Assembly (NCBI GenBank): GCA_965202585.1 | Contig: OZ241827.1 | Coordinates: 77,748,001-77,812,000, forward strand | Length of the DNA: 64,000 nt | Source of the DNA: Thalia democratica | Taxonomy: Eukaryota | Direction: 5' to 3' | Part shown: one piece after another, positions 26,201 to 41,200 of the stretch | How positions within the stretch are numbered: position 1 is the stretch's first letter | Layout of the letters: each line of letters opens with the position of its first letter | The notes under the pieces: model-generated | Database searches by the model: none | What the model was told of the DNA's origin: nothing | Seen by the model: only the letters and a program-made list of their open reading frames with translations | Program-made: the position numbers and the translations under genes

Positions 26201-29200
26201 ATATTTTTTAGTGTTTAATATAAATAGAATTAAATAATTTTTTCTATAAAAGGTGTAGTATTTAATTACTTTCTAATTAAACTATATGTTTACAAAACAA
26301 AGTATGTGAAGAAAGAGAAATTCTAACTCTTAGGTAACAATAGAAATTGAAGATAAAAATGATAATCAACCACGCTTTGATTTTCCGATAATTCGTGTGA
26401 ACTTAATGGAAAACGTCCCAATAAATAGTTTAGTGACAAAATTATCAGCAAATGATGCAGATAATCAAGCTTCGAACAGAAATTTCGTTTACAAATTAGT
26501 TGGTGCTGCAGACAAAAATAGTTTGGATAAATTTACTGTCACATCAAACGGTTTGTTTTATTCTATTGCTCATATATTTCTACTCAGTAATAGTTTTATT
26601 TGAATATCTTAAACAGGTCAAGTAAGAACATTAAGTAAATTGAATCGGGAACGTCAAACTAAACACCATTTAATTGTTCAAGTCTCTGATCAAGGATCAC
26701 CTGATCCATTTAAGGTTAAATATCTTTTACTAGTATTCCGTTATCTTTAATTATTTCTAATATTAAATAAAAATTTATTAGAAGTTTTAGTCTGTAGACT
26801 TTATACTTTTGTAAATTTATATAGTATAAAACCAAGGTTTTTTAAGAAAAAGTTAAAACAAATTTGTTACAGAACAACTGTTACGTCATAATTACTTTGA
26901 ATGACGTGAACGAACATACCCCTGCTTTTATCAGTCAAAATTACCGAGCCCAGTTTTTAATCGATGGTGAAAACCCTAGTTTGCCTGAAACCCAACAGGT
27001 GTATCGCATGATTGAAGGTAGCAAGTTAGGCGAAATTATTTTACTTGTAGACGCAGTAGATGACGATATCGGTCGAAATGGTAAAATCACTTACTCTATT
27101 GTTAAAGGTAAATACTTATTACAGTAGTTGTAGATAATATTTTTTTAGAACATTTTTTTAAATTATAAAGACAATTTTACATGAATAGTTTGCTAACAAA
27201 ATAAAATCTCTTATAGTAAAATCAAATTTTAAAATATCATACTTACTAGACGTTAACTAAAAATAGTTTAGGTAGAACAGTATATTAATGTTTCATAATA
27301 AAAAAAATACTATTTAAACTTAATTGTATAATTTTGTTTAAAGAATACTCTTAAAGTTTTACTAATAAACATTATTATGAGCGTTTTTTCAAAGTTTTTG
27401 GTTTTGAATAACAAAAGGCTTTAACACTTTTATAATTTTGTTTTCATAGCAAATATTTCGAATAATTCGAGAAATATAATTTTATAAAAAGCCAAACCAA
27501 ACAGAAGTAATAACATTATTTTGACTTTAATACCCTTTTTTTAAAGACCTCACCTCTATAATATTTTAATTTTCAAAAAGTAAAGTTGGTCTTTTTAGTA
27601 AATGAAATCTTAGGTCGCTCTGTTGTATACAATGAGAAAATCAATCTTTTCTTTACGAACTTGCGCTATAAAGTATATTTTATTATATTTTCGATTTTAA
27701 ATAAATTTTTTTGCTCACTTCCAAAACACTTTCAATCTATCCTAGACCGTATATATTTTAATAAAATATTTTTTTTTGTACTTTAAGTGTTCTAAAATTT
27801 TTTGAAAAATCTTTTTTTTTCTAATGTAGTAAATAATTTATAAAATGTATAAATGTAAACAATTAGTGAAGTAATTTTTTTCAAGTTTAAAAAGTATTTG
27901 ATACTAAAAATCTTGACAAAAAAGTTCAAAACTGAACAAATTGGTTTCCATAGTAGAATTACGTAAAAAAAGAATAAGTGACAATTTTTGGGTTCTAAGA
28001 TCTTTGAAATAAAACTACTAATTTAAAAACAGACAATGAGTTGGAAACGCGTCAGGTTTTAGTATAACTGACAATTATATGTGACATATTACTTTGCCAC
28101 TTTGTAATTACTTTATACTATCAAAAATTTTCAAAAGTTATATTAAAATTGAACATTTTAGCAATGCAAAATCATTTTTAGTTTCAGTTTGTTTATTAGC
28201 TTTAGTTTAAGGCAAAATTATTAAACTTTATGAAATTAGTTTTAAAATTAGGTTGACCTTAGTAAAGTTATACATTTTATCAAATAGTTTGTTGAATTTT
28301 TAAATTTTTGCAAAAGTTTAACCTAGATAAAGTACAAGATATCCGTACTTACTATAAAATAGTGGTTTTTAGTCCTAAAACATCTGCAATAAAATAATTT
28401 TCTTACTAGAATCATTTATGATTTGCATCAAAACAATAACAGATATTTATAAAACTTTTAAAATCTGTGTGACACTGATCTTTTAAAACATTGAAAGTTC
28501 TGATACATAATTCAATAATCCAATTGATACCAGTCTGCATCAAGTAACTTATACCGGTTTCAAAATAATCTAGTAATGCTAATTGTTTTTAATATTTAAT
28601 TACCTGTCAGATTAATCACCAATTCGTTTCCTCTGGTTTGTTAATGATCAAAGAACAAAAATAAAATTTTGTGAGTGTCATTTAGAAAATTGAATTACTT
28701 ATTAAATTTAGTTTATTGAGTTCATTATTAATGTATATTTTAGACAGACACATGCTATTGAAAATTGTTGCTAACTAAACAGTTTGAGATTTTTAAGTTA
28801 ATATGTTTATTGTATAGCAGATTTAGGTAGCTTTAAAACGATTCAACAATTTAAAGCAAATTTACAGAAATTAGTTTATGTTACTATCAAAAACACTATT
28901 AAAATAACAGTATGTTAGGTTTTAGCAATTTAATGAAACAGTTTATTAACGATTTGTGCAAATTTTCCTAGTAGACTTTAGCACAAAGTTTTGTAGAGCT
29001 TTCAAGTCCCATTATGACGTACGACTGTTGAAATTTGCTGAAAACAAACAAAAGCACAAACTTTATGTCATGCTCAAATTTATATTATTAAACAAATATT
29101 CTATACTTAGGGGCATTAAAACATTCAAGAACCTAATATTTACCTTTTAATGAAGTTTTTTGAAAACCAAAGCTTTACAAGAAATTAGTTCTTAATAATC

Positions 29201-32200
29201 AGTTATTTATAAATTAGTACTGGTTTGTATTAACCTAAACTATTAATAATCTTTTTATTTACGACATTGATGTATTAAATAAAAATTTTAGTTTTTAGTT
29301 TTTTGTTCAAGATGTTTGGACGTATATGCGTTTATTGTACAACACTAAAAATTATAAACATAACCTTGTTTTTTAGGCAACAACGCTGGAGTATGGAGAA
29401 TTGACGAAACCACCGGTGGTTTGAGCGCTGTCAAGTGGCCAACAATTCAAAATGAAAACAGCGACATTGTGCGGACAGAAATTTTAACAGTAGAAGCTCG
29501 CAATGGCGGTCAAAATTCTCGCGCTTCAAGAATGAACGTTTCAATTGAAATAAGAAACTTTAGAGACAGTTCTCCTCAATTTGATAATGACGTCATTCAT
29601 GTTAGCATCGCTGAAAACACAACTGTGGGAAGGTAAGATATTAAAATAAACACTATTTAGTTATCAAAAGCAAATTAATAACTGTCGATTTTAATTTCAG
29701 CTTGGTTGCCAAGGTAACAGCATCCGGTCCAGCCGGTATATTTTATGACGTCACAACAGGTGATTCTGATCACTTCCGGTTGGACTGGTTCACGGGCAGG
29801 GTGACTCTTTTGTTGCCGCTCGACTACGAAACTCGTCGCGATTACGTCTTGTGCGTCGAAGCGAGGGGCGGTGACGTAATGATGACATCATCAATGCAAT
29901 TAAAAATTCATGTCACTGATGTTAATGATAACAGGTTAAAACTCTAACAATATAAATAACTTGAAATTTTAACAGCGATTGTTTTACAAACAAAAGTTTT
30001 TTTGTAGTAGTATAAAAAGCAAAAATACATATTTCAGGCCTGTTCTTGATCAGACAAGATATTCATCAAAAATTTACGCGAATTCATCTGATCAAAGTGT
30101 AACGTCGCAATTATTTGACGAACAAGGTAACGTCTTAAAAGTGGAAGCGCATGATATAGATACTGGATTAGGGGGATCGCTTAAGTACCAAATAATTGCT
30201 CTCTCATCTGAAGATCAGGATTTCATTGATGACAGATTTTTAGTGGACGAAAGAAGCGGTGCTATTCTGAAACTTAATGGAAACCTTCTCTTTGACCATT
30301 CTTACAATAACATCTATCAATTTATGGTAAATTTAGTTTTTTTTAGTGTAAACGTTAAGAAAAATAGTTAAGTTAAAGAGTTACTTTGATCAGTTATAGT
30401 TTCTTTTTTAATTAAACATTTTTATTAAGGTTCAAGTGACAGACAGAGGAAGTCCTCCTCTTGTAGCAACTGAAAGAGCTTACGTCACTGTACAATCAAT
30501 TTCTCATTATTCTTTAAAGTTTGCTAAAAATCGCTATACGGTAGAAGTACAGCCACCTTTTGTACCTGGATTTTTGATTCCAGTAAATTTAGAAGTTGTT
30601 GAAAACGGCTTCAATTCAAAATCAAAGTTAGAATACTCAATAGAGCCGGAAAACCAATATTTTGAAATAAACAGAGACAATGGCGAAATTAAAACAGTTT
30701 CAAATCTAATTCCACATCAAAAGAAAACAACACTAAATGTAAAAGTATCAAACAAAGAAACTAGTTCTTATACTATTCTCAAAATAGTTCTTCTTGAACC
30801 TTATAGTGGTGATCTAAAATTAAAAGAGATATATGTCAAAGAAAATTTAAAAAAAGTATGTCAATATAGTTTCATAACACATTTATTTTTGATTTATTTG
30901 ATTATTTATTTTATTATGAAAACTTTACTATTTTTCAACATTTAATAAGGATTTTAAATTTTCAGGGAAAAGCATTGTATACATTGGCAAGTATTCACAA
31001 CACAGTAGATGTTGACTGTGTTTACACTTTATTGAATCCAAATCCACATTTCAACGTTGTTGGATCTGCTATTCTTACCACCAATGTAACACTAGATAGA
31101 GAAACAAATTCTTATCATAAAGTACGTTACAAATGAATTAAAAAACTAATGTCAACATAATTAACATAAATCAAATAAATTTAGATTTATCACTATACTT
31201 AAGTTTTATTTAAGTTGTTGTATATTTAAACTATTAACAAATAAATCTAAACTTTCAGCTGTTAGTTGAAACAAATTATCCAGCTTCAAGTCAAAGTAGT
31301 CGAACTGAAATAAAGATAAATGTCGTAGATGTGAATGATAATGCACCTGAAATTTTACAACAACCGATTAACATATTTATACCTAGAAATGGTAAAATTG
31401 GAACAGCTGTCAAACAGGTTAATTTCATTTAGGTGATAGAATGTATTTCAAATCAAATTTAATATTTGATTAAAGGCTAAATATTTATTTTACTACAATT
31501 GTTTATAGAATACTTAACAAACATATCTCCAGATCAAGGCAATTGACAGAGATTTTGGTCCAAACTCCCAAATTAAATTCAGTTTGAACGGTCCCGGTAC
31601 TAAATACCTGAGAATAAATCCTAAAAGCGGATTGGTCACCACCAGAACTTACAAGTCACGTGAAGTCAGAACGACTAATGACGTCACGATAATCGCGGAA
31701 GATCAAGGTAAACCCCAATTGCGAAAAGAAGTGAAAGCGACTTTGCACTTCACAAACGGAAACCCGCTTTCAAAAGGCGTTAAATCCCCTGTTTTTGTAA
31801 AAGCGCGGGAAAATTTACGCATAGAAAGTTTATTGACTGATGAAATTGGATCGCAGTTTACAGATTCTGTTGAGAAAGCAAATTTTGAAATTGTTGATGG
31901 AGATCCTGAAAGTAAATTCCAAATTGATTTTAAAACTGGTAAGTTATTATCTAAAATTAATTTTGAATACAATAAAATTTCTTTAAAAAAATGAAATGAA
32001 CAAGCAATTGTTATTAAACTAATTGTTATTTAAAGTAAACTATAAAAGTATTATAAAAAAATAGTAGTTTTCTTAAGTATAAAACACTTGTTAGGAACTT
32101 TATATACTCGAAAAAGTTTGGATAGAGAAAAACAAGATACTTACCAGTTACAAGTGAGAATATTAGAACAAAACAGAAACTCTATCGCTTCAGTAACTGT

Positions 32201-35200
32201 TTTTGTTAATATTCAAGACGAAAACGATAATCCACCTATTTTTCAAAATAGCTTTTATTCAGTAAAAATTAAAGAAAACTTGCCAACTAAATCGTTTGTT
32301 ATCAGAGTAAGTTGATGTTAACTAGATATTTCTTTTTTAAAAATAAATTTGTTTTAAGTTTTAATTTATTTATGTTTTAATAGTTTTTATTTACAGTATA
32401 ATCTAAGCTATACTCAACAAACTTTTCTTAAAAGATTGATTGTGAATGTGATCATGAATTTTTTACAATTTATTTTATCCTTTAATTTTGCTGTAACTCA
32501 ACCTTAAGCTTTACAAATGAAATTGTTTTACCTAAAGTTTGAAGTTTAAGTTTTAAAAGTGCGCATGAAATATGCGATTTAAAAATAATAGTTTTATATT
32601 TATTTAGGTACAAGCTACTGATGCAGACATAGAAAGCAACGCAATGATCAAATATACAATTCTATCCGGACACGAAAGTTTTGAAGTTGATGAAAATAGC
32701 GGAGTCATATCAACATCTGGTAATATTGACAGAGAAGAAGTTTCTCAGTTTATATTTACAGTAAGAGCAAGTGATTGTGGAAACCCGTCAATGTTTTCAG
32801 ATGCTGAAGTTGTTGTTTTTGTTGATGATGTTAATGATAATCCTCCATTTTTCTCTAATGTAAGTGTTTTTGTTAAAGTAAACATATCAGTGGAACCTTA
32901 AAAGCTTATATTTTCGTATAAAGTAACTAAAATTCACGATTTTTTTCAATGGTTTATGTTTAAGTTTTTATTATTATTATTTATACTAGAAAGTAATGTC
33001 TTAAGAAGAACTTAACCTTTAGTAAAATGTTATTAATGCAGAAAAATGAAGTGTTATCTGTAAGCACTCTAATTGAGCCTGGATCAAAAATAGGTCAAGT
33101 AAGAGCTTACGATTTAGATGTTACTGATCAAAATAGTTTGAAATACTTCATTGAAACTGATGGTCCAATAAATATAGATAAGGAGTCAGGTTTGCTAATT
33201 TTATAAAATTTTACTTTTATGAGTGTTCAATAAAAAACAATAAAGTTGAAAAAAATTAGTATGCAAAGCTTATAAGTTATATAAAATACTCAAACTTAAA
33301 ATTTACTTATAAAATTTAATTTCTACAACGTTCCTACTTACAGGTGAAGTATTTTTAAATGATCTAACTGAACCATATGAAAAACGAAACAATATTTATG
33401 CAATAACAATTGTTTCTGATGGAGTATATTCCACATCTACTAATCTTCAAATTAAATTTGTTACTAAATCTACACGAGTATTAGAGTTTCATGATTGCTC
33501 AATAAACAAGCCTAAAGTTTTCCGTATAAAAGAAGATGTTCCAATAAACACTTTTGTCGGAAAAGTAAGTATACGCTAGTTTTAATATACTTAGTTTAGT
33601 ATTCCTATATTTTAACTAATATTTTTCAGCTAAATTCATCATCTGATTCTATTAATCCAGTAATATTCACCATTGAAACGACAACTTCTGATTCTTCTCG
33701 ATTTAGGGTAATTCCCTCAACTGGAGAGTTGTTCACTCAAGATTCCATCAGAAGAGAGTTTCTCACATCTACAAATGACATCATAAGATTTGTTGTTACA
33801 GCTCAGTCGAGCTCAGGTTTGATAATTGTTTAAAATTATTTAAATGTATATAAAAAATTATGCTAAATTTTGGTTTTACCTTATAGTTTTAAACAACATA
33901 CCTGATTATACTAGGTTAATTTCTTACTTAAATGTCTAATTGGTTTATATATGATACTAAATTGACATAGACTTATTCAAAGATAACAACAAATTACGCT
34001 ATTAATTTAAAAAAAAATGTTTTGAACTATTTTGATATATTGTTAATTTGATATATTCTCCTAGTTTATGTAACTTGTTTACATATGTTATAGAAATTAA
34101 GATAACAAAACAATTATTTTATATGTTACAACTTATTGAAAAGTTATTCGTTTACAGATATAGCAAGGTGTGAGACTGTTATTGTTATTCAAGACGTCAA
34201 CAATAATAAACCTGAATTTGATAGAAAAAATTATCAGGGAATTGTCGTAATTAATCAAACGATTGCCGGTGAACATTTACTGAAAGTTTGTACTTTAGTT
34301 GTTAATTTTGCAATTTATTATAATAATAAGAAGGATTTATACTTATTTAAAACTAAAAAAACTAATTATGCAATAATTTAAAAGATAAAAGCATCTGATA
34401 ATGACATTGGAGTGAATGGAAAAGTATCTTACAACTGGTACGATAAAAATAACAATGCTTTTCAATATTTTGATACTATGACTGATAGTGGAATAATCTA
34501 TTTAAAAAAGCCACTTACGGAAAAAGGTAGGAACTTTAAATTGATTTTTTTTTAATTCAAGTTTTTATTATAAATATGATTGAATAGTTATTTAGCTTAT
34601 AATAGTGGAATTGAAACATTATGTGCATATTTCAGTTTATTTAAATGTTTTTCGTAATATAAAGTCAAATATTTGTTGAATGTCTCAGTCGTGAAGCGAA
34701 CGGAAGTTTTAAATGGAAGCAAACATTAATAAATAAGTAAATTTAACACCTGCAACAATAAATTTATTGTCTGAAACAATTTTACACTTACTACTTATAA
34801 ACAGCATAGTTGCAAACAATTGGTTATTTTGTTGCAGATGAAGAAAGTTTTAGTTTTTTTATTCAAGCAATAGACGGAGGTGGAAAATATTCTCTTGTTG
34901 GAGTGAATATTAATGTTATTTCAACAACAATTCATTTACCAGTTTTTGAAAAAAGCATTATACACGTTGTTGTACTTGAAGATATAGCTATAGGATATAA
35001 AGTAAGTTTACCATTTTTTTACAAATTGTCTTTGTATAACTAATCGTTAAATAAACTATGTGTATGCATTGTGACGAAAGAAACTTTCAGAAATTGAATG
35101 AACAGTAAGTCACAAAATATTATATTTATTTCAAGTGTTATACAAATATTTAACTTATATTTAAAAACATACAGTATTAGTTGAAAAAGTAGAGAATAAA

Positions 35201-38200
35201 AACTGATTAGATTTAATTTATATATAATTCATTATAGATTGCTCAACCACAAGCTTTAGCAAAAAAACGAGAAATTTACTACAAATTTGCAAATCATCAA
35301 GGTAATTACTTTTATACATATCAATGCAATCATAATAAACCATGATAACTTGGCAATAATTTTTTGTCAAGTACAAAATTGTTAATTAATTTTTGAAGTT
35401 TTTGTTGAAAACTATTTAAACCAAGTGAAAAATTTTTGCTAAACAATAAATTAGTAAAGTAAAAAGGTATTTAATGAGAAAATAATCGTCATAACTAAGT
35501 TACAAATATGTGATAATAAAACAAACAGATGGTGATGAAACACAAATGAGAAACTTCAAAATAAACAAACTGAATGGAGCAATTACCCTAACACAAGAGT
35601 TAGATTATGAAAATAAAAATTATTTTGAGCTTATTGTTGTTGCATATGTAAGAGAAGAAACTGAACTTATGGCTGAATCTAAAGTAAGAAAAACTTTCTT
35701 GAAATTTAAAATATAAGTTTTAAAAAACTGTTTAATTTGAAGTAAACCGTTCTATTTTAAAGTAATTTTACTGTTAGGTTTAATAATATATATTTGTAAA
35801 CAACACAAAATATATTGCTTATTCAGATAACAATTGAAATTGAAGACATAAACGACAATCCACCTCAGTTTGATAGTCTTTCATATAAAACTTTTGTTGT
35901 TGAAAATAAATTGCCATATGAACCGCTTGTACAAGTCAAATGTAGTGATAAAGACTCTACAAAATATTCAAGTATCAAGTATAGGTAACGATTTGAACTA
36001 AAATACCAAATATTAATACTGTCTTTTTTTAAAACTAAAAGAAACTAGATATTACATATAAATTAGATTTCATTTAATTGCTTTTTGTTGGCAGTAAAGT
36101 GTAAAATTACTGAAGTTAACTCAATTAATTTAATTAAATTTTCGTAAATAAGTTTAGTTTAGTTGATAGTACTGCTTAATTAAAATAATATAAAACAACA
36201 CTTAGTTTTGTAAACTGAATTATTTTTTTTCAGGTTCAATGAAAGTCATCCATCTTTTAATATCAACCCAGTGTCTGGGATGGTTTCCCTGAAAAAATCT
36301 CTGGACAGAGAAAACTACATTGAAACAAAAGGAACAATTAGTCTCAAAGTGTCTTGCACAGACGGAAAATATGTTGATAGTTCAAACATAATTGTCACAA
36401 TTAAAAATGTTAATGACAGAAAAGCTGTGTTTAAAAGCGACTCAAACCAGTTTAATATTTCTGAAGGGTAAGTGTTGAATAAAAACTATAGAAGTTTAAA
36501 TATTTATGTGGTCAAACAAAATTATTTTTTTTGTTTCTTTCAGGGCTAAAGCAGGATACAAAACAGCATCAGTAATGTCAGCGGTAGATCAAGATTCTTC
36601 AACAAATGCTTCACTTGTAACAACAAGTATTATTAAAGGAGATCCTCTTCATTATTTCGTCGTGTTTTTTCAATCGAAACACTCTTTAGAAGCTTCAGGA
36701 ATGTACTTAAACATTGGATTTGAAGTAAGGATTTGCTTATGTTTAAACTTAAATGCTTTGTATTACAAAGTGTTGTAATAATTCTTCTAACCTTAGGTTG
36801 CTAATGATATTGATTCAAACATTCCTGATGTAAATGAAGTTACTGTCTCAGTTTTTGACGGAATTCATCACTCTTATGCACAAGCTACTATAAACATTGT
36901 AAACCGAAAGTACAAACTACCAATTGGAAAACCGCTTTGCAAAAAGGTTGACTTCTTTTATTCCACTTTAGTTACTACGTTTTATACTTAAAATAGCTTT
37001 ACAAATTAAAAAAATACATTATTACAAGATATAACAACTATATGCTACGGTCGTTAAATACATTTTATTTTTTTACAGCATTTTTACAACGTATCTGTCA
37101 ATGAAAACAATAAAGTAAACTCACAAATAGCTACAATCGACATTGCAGACAAATATAGTAAAGCTATTTACACTTTGATTGGAGAATTTAAAAATAGATT
37201 TTCATTCGATGAAAGTACTGGTTAGTAAAACTTTAAAAGTGAACCAACAGTTCTATAACTATAATACTATCTAAATATACTTTTTTTAGGAATAATTTAT
37301 GCGACTGAAAGTTTAGACAGAGAAGAAAAAGATAGCTACCACTTAAACCTTCAAGTTAAGTACTCGAACGATTTAAAGTGCCTGATACAGGTAAAAAAAT
37401 TAAAACAACTAGATTAATTAATCATTCAAAAAAAAACGAATTATGTCTTACTCAAACTTATTTTCTAGATCTTTATAAAAGTGTTAGATGTGAATGACAA
37501 CTGGCCAACATTTACAAAAAGTCAATTGAGGGTTCGAGTAAAAGAAGATTCAATTGTGGGAAGCGTTGTTTATCAATTTGCTGCGTTTGATGCTGATATT
37601 GGTTTGTTTTTTGTTATCAGTTACAACTACCTGAATGAAAAAATAAACTTAGTTTAAAACAAAATAAAAAACATTTTTTTAAGATTATTTTTTGTTTCCA
37701 AACAATAAATAAGTTTTAAAACAAAAACACACATGGTGTTTTATTTTAACTCCTTTAACTAACATTTTAGGTGAAAACTCTCAACTGAAATATGCTCTAC
37801 AACGTCACAGTTTAGATTCAGTTCCTTTTGAAATTGATGAAAAACATGGTTATTTGATATTACAAAGACCCGTTGATCGTGAAATTAGAGACAAATACCT
37901 TTTCAACATTACTGTTAGTCAAATTTTTTCTTAAACTTAATAAAACTTTAGTTACAATTTTAATAAAGTTTCTTAAGCAGTTAAATTTACAATAGGTGAA
38001 GTTTTTTTTGTCGACTAAGCTGAAGAAAATTGGCAAACATGCTTTCATATACAAACATAGAAACATATTGTTAACTCTATACACGAGATACAACTACAGT
38101 TTTACAATAATTTTTTTTAAAGGTAAAAGACCAAGGGATTCCAGTTAAGTCAACATCAGTTCAAGTTAATTTAAGAGTAACAGACGTGAATGACAATGCT

Positions 38201-41200
38201 CCTGTATTCAATCAAACAAGTGTTAGTTTTCAGTATCTAAAATGTTTTATGACTAAAAATCCGTTGACCGTTACTTATTTACTATAAAATTTACTCTACA
38301 AAGAGTGGTGTGCTCTACTCTAACAAAATACAAAATTTAATAAAGAAACCTTTTAATTGTATAATTAATATTAATCGACTCTTTTTTTTCAGTACAAAGC
38401 TGAGGTTAGGGAAAGTGCCAAAATTAGCCATCTAGTGGCAAAAGTTGAAGCATTCAGTTTAGACGATGGAGTAAATGCGGATTTGCAATACCTCATTGTT
38501 GGAGGAAACGAACTTAACAAGTTTCAAATCGACAGTAGATCAGGTATAAGAGAATGTTTTAAAAAATAACTACTTAAATCATTTATATAGTGACAACATT
38601 CAAATACAACTTTCATTCAAATACAGGAGAAGTTGTTCTTCTTGATGAAGTGGATTATGAGGTGAACAAATATTTTATGTTGACAGTCCGGGCGCAGGAT
38701 CTTACAGATGACCCACTTATGAGCGACACTTCTCTTAACATACGTGTCATTGACGTCAATGACAACAAACCTACTTTTAACAACATCAATTTTCCTGTGA
38801 GTATAAACTGTTTGAATAAAAAGGTTTAAATTAAAAGCTAATGTTTTTTGTCTTTCAAATTAAAGATATTCGAAAGTCGACCATTATTTATTATTTTGTT
38901 AAAAAGTTCAAATCTGGTCATAGTTCGTGCTAAAATCGTAATTTAGATTCAGTTTTCAAACAAGTTGTTAATTTCAGGTATTTGTCAACGAAGATGTCAT
39001 TGATGACGTCATAGCAACAATAACCGCTTTTGACAAGGACCAAGGCGCAGGGGGCGAGGTCAAGTACTCGTTGCTAAGCAACGAAGCGGACCAGCTGCCG
39101 TTCCAATTGGATGAGGACAGCGGTCGGCTGTCAGTGGTCGAACCGGGTCTCGACTTTGAAGCCCGCCGTTCGTACGCCTTTGAAGTAGTTGCCAGGGACA
39201 ACGGAACTCCTTCCCTAGCAACGAGCGTCGACGTCGCTGTCAAAGTGAGAGACGTCAACGACTGTCGACCGCGGGTGGCGCTCAAGAGTTTGCATGACAA
39301 CGTTGCGTTGCGTTGTCAAAGTGACGTCACGACAAAGTGCACTGCGAGCGTGTCGGAAGCAGAATGGAGAAACGTTTTTTCGGAGGAGGGCATAGTAACG
39401 GTAGGGGCGACGGATGATGACGTTGCCAAGGGAAACGCGGCCCCTTTTAAATTTAATCTCGACTCACAACTTGCAGGTTAAATAACTTGTTTGTTGTGTG
39501 AATATATTTATTTAGCTCAAACTTATTTATATAAGCATTTCAAAAAGCCCATTTCAACTTGTTAGTTAATGTACGGTATCTCTTTTTATACATGAAACAT
39601 AATTAAAAAAATTTTTTATGAACAAAAAATTAAATTAAACTTAACCATCTTCTTTTAACAGGTGAATTTGTTTTTAATGACAAAAATGTGCTGATATCAA
39701 ACAACCCGTACGAAATAGAAGACATTTCATCAGATAAAGCGGCTAAAACGTTCCATTTCACCATAACTGCTACTGACAGTGGAAATCTCGAATCTTTGCC
39801 TCTTTATTTAGAAGTTGTCATTTTGAAAGAAAGCAAGTATCCACCGGTTTTGATCTCTCAAAAGATTCAAATTATGACTACTGAAGGTTTGTTCAAATAT
39901 AAACTAATTTCGAGTATTATAAAAGGATTTTATTATAACAACCAACTTGTATACACAAAAAGATATATTAATAATTTAGCCAAACTTAGCTACCTTTTAT
40001 AATCATTTTACTTACTTGAATATTAATTATTCGTCTTAAACTAGTTTTTAGTTTTACTGTTCTGTTTCAGATTACTTCAAAGGAGGAGTAATATCTTCAA
40101 AGCTGTACGCCACCGACAAGGACCCCCACGACTTGCAGCGGCTCACTTTCAAGATCGACTCGCTCGCTGATTTCGAGTCGTTCACGGTGAACCCCCTCAC
40201 CGGCAAGCTGTCGGCGACCAATGGCGTGCGAGGTCGCCACAACGTCACGGTTGGCGTCAGCGACGGCAGCAGGTACTCGACGGGCCGGGTCGCCATCGAA
40301 GTGGTGAAAATTTCAAAGGAGTCGATTCAGAGTTCGGTCCAGGTCACTTTCGAGGGGATTTCCCCAGAAGCGTACCTTTCGACGGTTCACGGCAAATTTT
40401 TGGCGGCCCTCGGCGACATTCTTCCAAGGGGTTCGAACCCCGGTGAAAATGTTGAAATTTTGTCCCTGAAACGCATGAATGATTTCAATGCGCAGCTGGT
40501 GTTCAGCGTGAGGTCGCCGAAGCGTGACGGCCAGTACCTGAAAGTCGGCCGCCAGCTGAAGGACTCGCTGCCGCTGCTCACCGAGAAGGCGGGGGTGAGG
40601 GTTACGGACGTCAGGGGGGAGGAATGCGACCTCGAGTGCGCCCACGAGTGCCGGTACGACGTAGTTGTGACGTCATCAGGGGAAAGTCCCATCACCACGA
40701 AAAAGTGGAGCTTGCTGACCCCTCATTGGTTCGAACGCGAGGAGAAGTGCGTGTGCCGGAAAGGTCATGCGGGTGTGAATTGCGCTTCCGTTTGCGCTGG
40801 AGTAACGGACGTGTGCGAGGAAGTAGGCGGAAAGTGCGAGCTGGACGCGAACGAGGTGCGAGGCTACCGGTGCGCGCAGAAGATCCGAAGGAACAGCGCG
40901 GTTTCTTTCGGGGGAAATTCCCTGATCGAGTACAAGCTGAACAACCCTGAAGTGTTCAGTTTGTCGCTGAGGTTCAGAACCCGGCAGCGCGACGCAAAAC
41001 TGCTGGAGGCCGCGGAAGAGTCGGGAGGAAACTTGGCGCGCGTCAGCGTCGACAAAGGGAAACTGAAGCTGGAGTTCGCGTGCGGGTTGGACGGCGGAAA
41101 CATGCAATCCATGGAAATGAGCGAGTCGGAAATGAGCGACGGAAACTGGCATGACGTCACAATCGAACCCATTTCCGACAAAGATTGCGCTTATAGGTAT

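Noticed and set aside
31703-31972. Minus-strand 89-aa ORF
   Set aside because: Antisense shadow of exon 17.
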